A stretch of 24,000 nt of DNA from Nitrospirae bacterium 13_2_20CM_2_62_8 (lineage in GTDB: Bacteria; Nitrospirota; Nitrospiria; Nitrospirales; Nitrospiraceae), in contig MNDM01000061.1 of NCBI GenBank assembly GCA_001914955.1, positions 4,816 to 28,815 of the forward strand, read 5' to 3'. The notes under the pieces are model-generated. The model did no database searches, was not told the origin of the DNA, and saw only the letters and a list, made by a program, of their open reading frames with translations. The position numbers and the translations under genes are program-made. Positions 6,879 through 14,284 of this stretch are shown one piece after another; the stretch's first letter is position 1; every line of letters starts with the position of its first letter.

Positions 6879-8564
6879 ATGACTAATGAAACACGCAGGA
6901 AAGGCCTAGTAGTCGGAGTCGCTTCAGCCGGTGTGATCGTCGGAGTCATTGCCGGATTCTTTGCGGCTCATCTAATGATAGGAGACATGTCCGACACGAA
7001 GGGGTTGGGCGTGAAGAACAAGCAAGCCGTAGAAGGAACGCAAGCCGCGTCACCTGCTCCGGCAGGGACTGTCGCCATCCCGACTGTCGCGAGACAGTTG
7101 ATCGGAGTCCGCAGCGCGCCGGCTGCCTATGCTTCGTTGGAGCAGGAGATCCGGACGGTCGGTACGGTGGACTACAACGAGCGTGGGCTCACCCAAGTTA
7201 CTCTGAAGGTCTCAGGGTGGGTTCAACAGGTCTTCGTCAATTCGACTGGCAGGCCGGTCCGGAAGGGCGAACCGCTCTTCACCCTCTACTCGCCAGACCT
7301 CCTCGCAACGCAGGACGAATACCTGTTGGCTGTGAAGACGCAAGCCCAACTGGCTGAGAGTCCGCTTGCCGAGACCAAGGCCAACGCGGCAGCTCTCGTG
7401 GCCAGCGCGCGGGAGCGGCTCAGACTCTGGGATTTAAGCGATTCTCAGATCGCGGCCTTGGAGGGACGTGGGAAAGCCGAGGCGGTCCTGACCGTGTATG
7501 CCCCTTCTACTGGGATTGTTCTCAAGCGAGAGGCCCTGCCGGGGAAATATGTGGAACCGGGCACTACGTTGTATGAGCTGGCGGATCTCTCCATTGTGTG
7601 GATCTACGGCGACATCTACGAGTCGGAGGTGACGGCCGTCAAGCTCAACCAAGCGGCCTCGGTCACGTTCTCCGCCTATCCAGGAGAAACCTTTCAGCCC
7701 AAGGTTGCCTACATCTACCCGACGTTGAATACCGAGGCGCGCACGGTGCGGGTGCGGCTGGAATTGCCGAATCCGGAACTGAAGCTGAAACCCGGCATGT
7801 ACGGAACCGTCACATTTCGCACCGAATCGGTGAAGACATTGGTCGTTCCGAAGGAGGCGGTCATGGATACCGGACTGCGTCAGCTCGTGTTCCTGGATCG
7901 GGGGCAAGGCATCTATGAGCCCCATCCCGTCAAGCTGGGTCGGCGAAGCCAGGATTGGGTGGAAGTTCTGGAAGGCATCAAAGAAGGGGATCGGGTTGTG
8001 ACCTCGGCTAACTTCTTGTTGGATGCGGAGACCAAACTGGATTCGGCTTCCAGCATGCAGGCCATGATGGGCCGGATCGGCATGGCTGATTGGCAGATGC
8101 GCGGCGCGCATGAGCGCAAGATGGAAGGGATGAAAGGCATGGAAGGCATGCAGGGCATGGGGATGGAAGGAATGCCTGGGGTGGGCAGCATGAAGGGGAT
8201 GCCCGGCATGAAGTCGGAACCTGCCAAGCCGGTCTCCGAGACCCGCCAAATAGCCGGCTTCTCCCTCACATTTACCACCGAGCCAGAGATACCCAAGGCC
8301 GGGGAAACTCTATTCAGACTCAAGGTTCACGATCCGGCCGGCTATGCGGTGACAAATGCGCAGGTGGAGGTCAGCTACACGATGCCGATGCCGGGAATGA
8401 CTGAAGCAAAAGCTAAGGCAAGACACATCGAGGATGGGATCTACGAAGCCAAGGCAATGCTCGGTATGGGAGGCAGGTGGGTAGTAACGACCACGGTGAG
8501 CATAGCGGGGCTTGCTCCCATCAACGAGAAGTTTGAATTCACGGTCACGGGAGGAGGCATGTGA
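6879..8564 (+). CDS. cusB: RND efflux periplasmic adaptor (CusB/CzcB family) with a C-terminal Met-rich tract and a YtkA/FixH-like domain
   Basis: ATG 6879 lies 8 nt after AAGGAGG (6864-6870). The N-terminal TM anchor is GLVVGVASAGVIVGVIAGFFAA. Core HlyD/CusB-type motifs are present (VRKGEPLFTLYSPDL, GTTLYELADLS, GMYGTVTF, GDRVVTSANFLLDAE). The Met-rich tract is at 8055-8213 and an Ig-like domain runs to the stop. Confidence 0.9.
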   Translation: MTNETRRKGLVVGVASAGVIVGVIAGFFAAHLMIGDMSDTKGLGVKNKQAVEGTQAASPAPAGTVAIPTVARQLIGVRSAPAAYASLEQEIRTVGTVDYNERGLTQVTLKVSGWVQQVFVNSTGRPVRKGEPLFTLYSPDLLATQDEYLLAVKTQAQLAESPLAETKANAAALVASARERLRLWDLSDSQIAALEGRGKAEAVLTVYAPSTGIVLKREALPGKYVEPGTTLYELADLSIVWIYGDIYESEVTAVKLNQAASVTFSAYPGETFQPKVAYIYPTLNTEARTVRVRLELPNPELKLKPGMYGTVTFRTESVKTLVVPKEAVMDTGLRQLVFLDRGQGIYEPHPVKLGRRSQDWVEVLEGIKEGDRVVTSANFLLDAETKLDSASSMQAMMGRIGMADWQMRGAHERKMEGMKGMEGMQGMGMEGMPGVGSMKGMPGMKSEPAKPVSETRQIAGFSLTFTTEPEIPKAGETLFRLKVHDPAGYAVTNAQVEVSYTMPMPGMTEAKAKARHIEDGIYEAKAMLGMGGRWVVTTTVSIAGLAPINEKFEFTVTGGGM

Positions 8565-8568
8565 CCCC

Positions 8569-11500
8569 GTGATCACGCGGCTGATTGAAGCTAGCGCCCG
8601 GAACCCGATCTTGGTCCTCCTCTGCGTGCTGTTGTTGGCTGCCTGGGGCGTGTGGGCGGTGTTTTCGGTCCCATTGGACGCGATCCCCGACCTGTCGGAC
8701 ATCCAAGTAATCATCTACACCGAGTGGCCGGGCCGCAGCCCGACGCTCATCGAGGATCAGGTCACCTATCCGATCGTCACTTCGCTCTTAGCCGGTCCTC
8801 AGGTGAAGCGGGTACGTGGCGTTTCTGAATATGGGGTCTCCTATGTGTATGTGATCTTCCAGGATCGAACCGATCTCTACTGGGCGCGGAGTCGCGTACT
8901 GGAGTACTTGCAGAAGCTGACTGGCAAGCTGCCGGTCGGAGTCACGCCGACCCTAGGCCCTGACGCTACGGGCGTCGGCTGGGTCTACCAGTATGCGCTG
9001 GTGGACGAGTCAGGGACCTACGATCTGGCGCAGCTCCGGAGCCTCCAGGATTGGTATCTCCGCTATCAACTGGAAAGTGTGCCAGGCGTAGCGGAGGTTT
9101 CAGCAATCGGCGGCTTCGTCAAACAGTATCAAATCGAGGTGGATCCAAACACATTGGCCGCTTACCGCTTGCCGATCAAGACGGTCATCGATGCGGTTCG
9201 CAACAGCAATGCCGAGGTGAGCGGTCGTGTCTTAGAGATGGCGGGGACGGAGTATATGATCCGGGGACGAGGCTACCTGCGGTCGGTTGACGACATCGAG
9301 CTGATCCCGGTCGGGACGGATCAACGTGGCACCCCTATCTTGATTCGAAACATCGCCCATGTGCAGGTGGGGCCGGACCAACGCCGAGGCATCGCTGAAC
9401 TGGACGGAAAGGGCCAGACGGTTGGAGGCATCGTCATCATGCGAGCTGGCGAGAACGCGCTAACCGTGATCGAACGCGTGAAGGCGCGGCTGGAAGAGAT
9501 CAGATCCGCTCTGCCGAAGAGCGTGCGCATCGTGCCCACCTACGATCGATCTGACCTTATCCTGAGAGCCATTGCCGTACTTCGGGAAAAGCTGGTTGAA
9601 GAAAGCCTGATTGTCAGTCTGGTGGCGGTGCTGTTCCTCTTTCACCTGCGCAGCGCGCTGGTGGCTATCCTCATCCTGCCGGTGGCGGTCCTTCTGGCCT
9701 TTATCCCGATGGCTTACCTAAAGGTCACCTCCAATATTATGTCGCTAGGCGGGATCGCCATCGCCATCGGCGCCATGGTGGATGCGGCCATCGTGATGGT
9801 TGAGAACGCGCATAAGCGGCTGGAGCAAGATCCTCACGCCAACCGAACCGACACCATCATCGCCGCCGCGAAGGAAGTCGGTCGCCCGTTGTTCTTCTCC
9901 ATGCTGGTGATCGCCGTGTCGTTCCTGCCGATCTTTGCCCTCGAAGCCCAGGAGGGACGCTTGTTCACGCCACTGGCCTACACCAAGACCTTCGCGATGC
10001 TCTTCGCGACTGGACTCTCGGTGACGCTGGCGCCCGTGCTGATGGTGGGCCTGATTCGCGGCCGGATTCAGGCCGAAACACGGAATCCATTGAATTGGCT
10101 GCTCATCGCACTCTACCGGCCCGTCCTCTCAGGCGTGCTCCGCGTTCGGTGGCTGACGCTTGGGCTGGCAGTGGTGGCATTGGCACTCACAGTGCCGGTC
10201 TTCACCCGCCTCGGCGCAGAATTCATGCCGCCGCTTAATGAAGGAACAATCCTCTACATGCCGACCACCGTCCCAGGCCTTTCGATCCCGGAGGCGACGA
10301 AGGTGTTACAGGTTCAGGACCAGTTGCTCATGACCTTCCCTGAAGTCGAACGGGTGTTTGGGAAGATGGGGAAAGCCCCGACCGCAACCGATCCAGCCTT
10401 TGTCGGCATGGCAGAGATCACCGTGTCCCTCAAGCCGGAAGCGCAATGGCGAACCGGGATGACCTGGGACCGTCTCATCGACGAGATGGATTCGCGTCTC
10501 CGCCTCCCAGGTTTTCCGAACATCTGGTGGATGCCGATCCAAACCCGCACGGAAATGATCACCACCGGCGTGCGCAGCCCGGTCGGCATCAAGGTCTTGG
10601 GCCCTGACCTGAAGACGATCGAGAAAATCGGTGTGGAGATCGAACATGCGCTTGCAACTGTGCCTGGTACCAGGAGCGCGTTTGCGGAGCGATTGAACGA
10701 GGGCTATTACCTGGACCTGATCGTACACCGAGCGGAAGCAGCCCGCTACGGCCTGACGGTCGGTGATGTACAGGCGGTGATCACCTCGGCAATCGGCGGA
10801 GAGACAGTGACGACCACGGTCGAGGGGCGCGAGCGGTATCCGGTCAATGTCCGCTACAAGCGCGAGTTGCGCGATGACCCTGAACGACTCAAACGCGTAC
10901 TCATCCCAACGCCGAATGGCGCGCAGATCCCCCTCGGGCAAATCGCCGACATGATCATTTCCCAGGGTCCACCGTCGATCGCGGATGAGGCTGGGGCGCT
11001 GGCTGGTTTGGTCTCGGTCGCGGTCGTCGGTCGCGACCTGCGCGGTTATGTCGAAGATGCGAAACGGATGGTCAGCGAGCGAGTCGCACTGCCGCCCGGC
11101 TACACGCTGCGCTGGACGGGGCAATACGAACATCTTGTTCGGGCCGAGGAACGGTTGAAGCTCGTCGTCCCCGTGACGCTCGGATTGATCCTCTTGCTCC
11201 TCTATCTGAATTTTCGATCCTTGGCGAAATCCCTTATTGTGTTGCTGTCTGTCCCCTTCGCTGCGGTCGGGGCCATCTGGTATCTCAACTATCTGGGCTA
11301 CAACCTCAGCGTGGCCGTGTGGGTCGGCATCATAGCGTTGGCTGGCGTAGCGGCAGAGACCGGTGTAGTGATGCTCGTCTATCTTGACGGAGCCTACGAG
11401 CGGCGCGTCCGTGACGGCCGCATGACGACGGCGCAAGACCTGCGCGACGCGATCATGGAGGGCGCCGTCCAACGGGTGCGACCTAAGATAATGACAGTGG

Positions 11501-11724
11501 CCGCGATTATGGGTGGCTTGCTCCCGATCATGTGGACGACCGGCACCGGCGCTGATGTCATGAAACGCATTGCCGCTCCCATGATCGGGGGGATGGTCAG
11601 CTCAACTATCCTGACGCTCATCGTCATTCCGGTGCTGTATTTCCTCTGGCGACATGGAGCCGTGAGCCCATCCGGACCACCCGAAGTAGAAGAAGCAGCG
11701 CCCTATGAGGTAGACTTACCCTGA
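8569..11724 (+). CDS. cusA: Heavy-metal efflux RND pump, CusA type (Cu(I)/Ag(I))
   Basis: GTG 8569 follows GGGAGGAGG, and the N-terminus ITRLIEASARNPILV parallels E. coli CusA IEWIIRRSVANRFLV. Collinear similarity to CusA runs throughout. The three-Met Cu(I) site appears conserved: ILYMPT, FVGMAEIT and RTEMITTG versus E. coli LLYMPS, PLEMVETT and RIDMLSTG. Confidence 0.92.
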   Translation: MITRLIEASARNPILVLLCVLLLAAWGVWAVFSVPLDAIPDLSDIQVIIYTEWPGRSPTLIEDQVTYPIVTSLLAGPQVKRVRGVSEYGVSYVYVIFQDRTDLYWARSRVLEYLQKLTGKLPVGVTPTLGPDATGVGWVYQYALVDESGTYDLAQLRSLQDWYLRYQLESVPGVAEVSAIGGFVKQYQIEVDPNTLAAYRLPIKTVIDAVRNSNAEVSGRVLEMAGTEYMIRGRGYLRSVDDIELIPVGTDQRGTPILIRNIAHVQVGPDQRRGIAELDGKGQTVGGIVIMRAGENALTVIERVKARLEEIRSALPKSVRIVPTYDRSDLILRAIAVLREKLVEESLIVSLVAVLFLFHLRSALVAILILPVAVLLAFIPMAYLKVTSNIMSLGGIAIAIGAMVDAAIVMVENAHKRLEQDPHANRTDTIIAAAKEVGRPLFFSMLVIAVSFLPIFALEAQEGRLFTPLAYTKTFAMLFATGLSVTLAPVLMVGLIRGRIQAETRNPLNWLLIALYRPVLSGVLRVRWLTLGLAVVALALTVPVFTRLGAEFMPPLNEGTILYMPTTVPGLSIPEATKVLQVQDQLLMTFPEVERVFGKMGKAPTATDPAFVGMAEITVSLKPEAQWRTGMTWDRLIDEMDSRLRLPGFPNIWWMPIQTRTEMITTGVRSPVGIKVLGPDLKTIEKIGVEIEHALATVPGTRSAFAERLNEGYYLDLIVHRAEAARYGLTVGDVQAVITSAIGGETVTTTVEGRERYPVNVRYKRELRDDPERLKRVLIPTPNGAQIPLGQIADMIISQGPPSIADEAGALAGLVSVAVVGRDLRGYVEDAKRMVSERVALPPGYTLRWTGQYEHLVRAEERLKLVVPVTLGLILLLLYLNFRSLAKSLIVLLSVPFAAVGAIWYLNYLGYNLSVAVWVGIIALAGVAAETGVVMLVYLDGAYERRVRDGRMTTAQDLRDAIMEGAVQRVRPKIMTVAAIMGGLLPIMWTTGTGADVMKRIAAPMIGGMVSSTILTLIVIPVLYFLWRHGAVSPSGPPEVEEAAPYEVDLP

Positions 11725-11809
11725 TCCATCATGCCAAACGGTGTGAGCTGCAGAACGGCCTGCCGCTCTCGATCTGATCGAATCGACTCACTAACAGGAG
11801 GGAGTCATT

Positions 11810-12268
11810 ATGCAATCACGTGTCGCACCTGGGTTGGTCATCCTTGGCCTTGGCGTCGCGGTGAGCGGCTGCTACATGATGGAGTCATCCCCGGGCACGA
11901 TGATGACGGAGCAATCACTCTATGATCGTTTGGGAGGGAAGCCGGCGATCACCGCCGTGGTGGACGATTTTGTCGGGCGAGTCGCCGCCGACAACCGGAT
12001 TAACGGGAAGTTCGCGAACGCCGACCTCCCGCGCCTGAAGATGATGCTGGTGGATCAGATATGCCAGGCTTCCGGGGGACCATGCACCTACACCGGCCGG
12101 GACATGAAGACCGCGCACGCCGGCATGGGGATCAACGGCTCCGAGTTCGATGCGCTGGTCAGGGACCTGGTCGCCACCCTGAATAAGTTCAAGGTCCCCG
12201 AGCGGGAAAAGAACGAGCTGCTGGCCGCGCTGGGGCCGATGAAGAATGATATTGTCGAGCGCCCATAG
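11810..12268 (+). CDS. Group-1 truncated haemoglobin (trHbN-like) with a lipoprotein-type signal peptide
   Basis: [31 protein letters not shown]21 is a signal peptide with a lipobox-like VSGC. The globin core is [19 protein letters not shown]...[20 protein letters not shown], with the proximal His in its usual context. Confidence 0.78.
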   Translation: MQSRVAPGLVILGLGVAVSGCYMMESSPGTMMTEQSLYDRLGGKPAITAVVDDFVGRVAADNRINGKFANADLPRLKMMLVDQICQASGGPCTYTGRDMKTAHAGMGINGSEFDALVRDLVATLNKFKVPEREKNELLAALGPMKNDIVERP

Positions 12269-12312
12269 CACCAGCCTGCTAAAGGAGCGAAGAGGGGGCT
12301 TTCGGGGACAGA

Positions 12313-12681
12313 ATGCCGTACCGGCTGCTTGCCGACCTCGTCGTGATCCTCCACCTGGCTTTCGTGGCCTTCGCGCTGTTCGGCGGTCTCCTGGCGCTCA
12401 AGTGGAAGCGCATCGTCTGGCTGCACGCGCCGGCCGTCTTGTGGGCGGCTGCCATCGAATTTGGCGGCTGGGTCTGCCCGCTCACCCCGCTCGAAATCTG
12501 GCTGCGCGAGCAGGGTGGCGAGACCGGGTACCGCTCCAGCTTTATTGACTACTACATTCTGCCTTTGCTCTACCCCGCAAGCCTCACCAGAGAGATGCAA
12601 TTCGTCCTGGGTGTGGTGGTCCTGGCTGTCAATTTCGCCGGCTATGCTTGGGTCTGGCGCAGGTGGCGAAAAAACCTGTAA
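12313..12681 (+). CDS. DUF2784-family small membrane protein
   Basis: [28 protein letters not shown]...[26 protein letters not shown] matches my memory of the DUF2784 pattern (ILH...W.H......E..G..CPLT.LE). It has three to four hydrophobic helices. Confidence 0.7.
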   Translation: MPYRLLADLVVILHLAFVAFALFGGLLALKWKRIVWLHAPAVLWAAAIEFGGWVCPLTPLEIWLREQGGETGYRSSFIDYYILPLLYPASLTREMQFVLGVVVLAVNFAGYAWVWRRWRKNL

Positions 12682-12712
12682 CGATCGCCCCTGTGGCAAG
12701 ACCAAGGGTCTA

Positions 12713-12750
12713 GCAGGAATCTGACTGTGCCGGCTTCCAGAAATTCCTGC
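12713..12750 (+). other. Stem-loop downstream of the DUF2784 gene (possible terminator or processing structure, no U tract)
   Basis: GCAGGAAT (12713-12720) and ATTCCTGC (12743-12750) form a perfect 8-bp stem around a 22-nt loop. Confidence 0.3.
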
Positions 12751-12768
12751 CCATCGTCACAAAATCGC

Positions 12769-12811
12769 TTGACGTGGAAAAGCCGAACTTGATACATGGA
12801 AGCATTTCCAT
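12769..12811 (+). promoter_or_regulatory. Candidate arsM promoter with an overlapping palindromic operator-like site
   Basis: TTGACG (12769-12774) has only weak -10 candidates 16-18 nt downstream (GATACA / ATACAT / TACATG). The perfect palindrome ATGGAA-gcat-TTCCAT lies at 12796-12811, 27 nt before ATG 12839. Confidence 0.3.
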
Positions 12812-12838
12812 ACGTCTATCTGACCGCGAGGAACCCGG

Positions 12839-14026
12839 ATGTCGAACGAAACCATCACCCAGGCCGTAAGTGAACGCTATGCCCGAGCCGCCGCGACCGG
12901 CGAACAGATCTGCTGCCCGACCGGCTACAACTTCGAGGATCTGCGGACCTTCGTTCCCGAGGAAGTCCTGAAGGTCTCCTACGGCTGCGGGACCCCGGCA
13001 GGGCTGGACACTGTTCGAGCGGGCGAGACCGTGCTGGACATCGGGTCCGGCGGGGGGATCGACTGCTTCGAGGCCTCACGCCGGGTGGGCCCGACAGGCC
13101 GGGTGGTCGGGATCGACATGACCGACGAGATGCTGGCGATCGCGCGGCGCAACGCGCCGATCGCCGCGGCGAACCTCGGGTACGCCTCCTCCAACGTCGA
13201 GTTCCGCAAAGGGATGGCGGAGGCGATGCCCGTCGAGGATGGCAGCATCGATCTGATCATCTCGAACTGCGTGATCAACCTGGCTCCGGAGAAGCGGAAG
13301 GTTTTTCACGAAATGTTCCGAGTGCTGCGACCGGGCGGGCGCTTCACGATCTCGGACATCGTGTCGGAACACCCGGTGCCCAACTACCTGAACCACGACG
13401 TTGAGAAGTGGGGGAACTGCCTGTCCGGCGCCCTGCAACTCGGGGACTATGTGTCCGGGATGATCGAGGCCGGGTTCCTGGGAATTCACCAGATCAGATC
13501 TATCCCGTGGCAGGAAATTGACGGCATTCACTTCCTTTCCATCACGTTGACCGGATACAAGCTGCCGGCGGCGGTTGAGCCCAACGGTGTTCGGTTCGCC
13601 ACGCTACGGGGGCCGTTCAGCCAGGTTGTTGATGAACTCGGGCAACGATACCAGCGAGGGGTGCCGCAGGCCGTCAACGCGCGGACGGTCCAATTGCTGA
13701 AGACCCCGCCCTTTGAACCGCTCTTTCTCCTGTCTGAGACCCCGCTCGCCCTGGAGCCTTCGGACGCGCGCTGGCTGGCTGTCCTGCCCGAGCAGGTCCC
13801 GTGCGTGTGGAGAGGTGATTATGCCATGTTGACTGGCCCCTTCACCGAAGTGGAGGACGACGACCATCACGTCTTCCGGCGCGGCAGCCCCCTGGAGATT
13901 TGCTCGAAGACCCTGAAGGTCCTGGAGAGCGACCTCTACCGACGGCACTTCGCCATGATCAACCGGGCCGCAGGAGAGATTTCAGGGTCACAGGTAGCGT
14001 GCAGCCCGACTGGAGGATGTTGCTGA
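12839..14026 (+). CDS. arsM: Arsenite S-adenosylmethionine methyltransferase (ArsM/AS3MT family)
   Basis: The SAM motif is VLDIGSGGGIDCF. Family-typical cysteines are ICCPTGY (C25/C26), SYGCGTP (C50), SNCVINL (C143) and WGNCLSGA (C194). RVLRPGGRFTISDIV is present, followed by a C-terminal domain ending CSPTGGCC-TGA. Confidence 0.85.
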   Translation: MSNETITQAVSERYARAAATGEQICCPTGYNFEDLRTFVPEEVLKVSYGCGTPAGLDTVRAGETVLDIGSGGGIDCFEASRRVGPTGRVVGIDMTDEMLAIARRNAPIAAANLGYASSNVEFRKGMAEAMPVEDGSIDLIISNCVINLAPEKRKVFHEMFRVLRPGGRFTISDIVSEHPVPNYLNHDVEKWGNCLSGALQLGDYVSGMIEAGFLGIHQIRSIPWQEIDGIHFLSITLTGYKLPAAVEPNGVRFATLRGPFSQVVDELGQRYQRGVPQAVNARTVQLLKTPPFEPLFLLSETPLALEPSDARWLAVLPEQVPCVWRGDYAMLTGPFTEVEDDDHHVFRRGSPLEICSKTLKVLESDLYRRHFAMINRAAGEISGSQVACSPTGGCC

Positions 14027-14062
14027 CAGGATGCTGAAAAAGAGGGAGACAGCATGGCAGGG

Positions 14063-14222
14063 GTCATCTCCGTGCTCGCCGGACGCGCGCAGTCTGAGGC
14101 TTCCCGGCCACCAGCCCGAGGAACAGCGGGAAGACCGGGCGGTGCCGGGGTAACCGTTGCTCTTCGAAAGCAACGGGTCTGGACGCGCGCAGTAGAGCCG
14201 ACCCCCTGCCACGCTGCAAGAA
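14063..14222 (+). repeat. Intergenic hairpin-containing repeat element, copy 2 (core 14141-14179), with an internal 13-nt direct repeat
   Basis: Core GGTGCCGGGGTAACCGTTGCTCTTCGAAAGCAACGGGTC has the stem CCGTTGCT/AGCAACGG. GGACGCGCGCAGT occurs at 14081-14093 and 14181-14193. The flanks resemble those of copy 1. Confidence 0.55.
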
Positions 14223-14256
14223 GGATGATCTGCGGCATCGTTGCTGGTCTTTTTTG
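14212..14256 (+). terminator. Weak candidate intrinsic terminator or attenuator between arsM and arsS
   Basis: Imperfect nested stems (CTGCAA...TTGCTG, 5 of 6 paired; GATG...CATC) are followed by TCTTTTTT (14248-14255). The stem is poor, so this call is tentative. Confidence 0.25.
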
Positions 14257-14284
14257 AGCATCCTGTGGGTGAGAGGGTGACGCC

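Noticed and set aside
1283-8568. N-terminal extensions offered by the ORF track: 463 (TTG) for the Zn-ribbon gene, 1283 for the BNR gene, 6615 for cusB and 8512 for cusA.
   Set aside because: The extensions overlap upstream genes or the intergenic repeat, lack SD sequences, and read as junk (for example MPVGKWRCCTGPLCCRRQDRALKPRES...). The downstream starts 526, 1430, 6879 and 8569 have good SDs and match homologue N-termini.
1388-11472. Other long antisense or out-of-frame ORFs: 1388-2164(-), 1779-2330(+), 5681-6178(-), 6239-6949(-), 7434-8249(-), 10306-11472(-), 13076-13531(-), 13936-14485(-), 15821-16288(-) and 18557-19117(+).
   Set aside because: Each lies inside a gene with strong homology-type evidence on the other strand or frame, and each has an Arg/Pro/Gly/His-rich composition characteristic of spurious high-GC ORFs.
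14024-14257. The arsM stop is TGA directly after ...GGCC. The same frame stays open for 77 more codons, up to the next in-frame stop, TGA 14255-14257, and includes track ORF 14054-14257. A small hairpin ATGCTG/CAGCAT (14031-14055) follows the TGA. Because ArsS-type clusters are linked to selenoproteins, I considered selenocysteine read-through.
   Set aside because: The extension (QDAEKEGDSMAGVISVLAGRAQSEASRPPARG...) looks like translated non-coding DNA, and it coincides with the intergenic repeat element shared with the 1249-1365 spacer. The hairpin has a 13-nt A-rich loop unlike the bacterial SECIS elements I know. A Sec followed by 77 further residues is not the usual C-terminal pattern.
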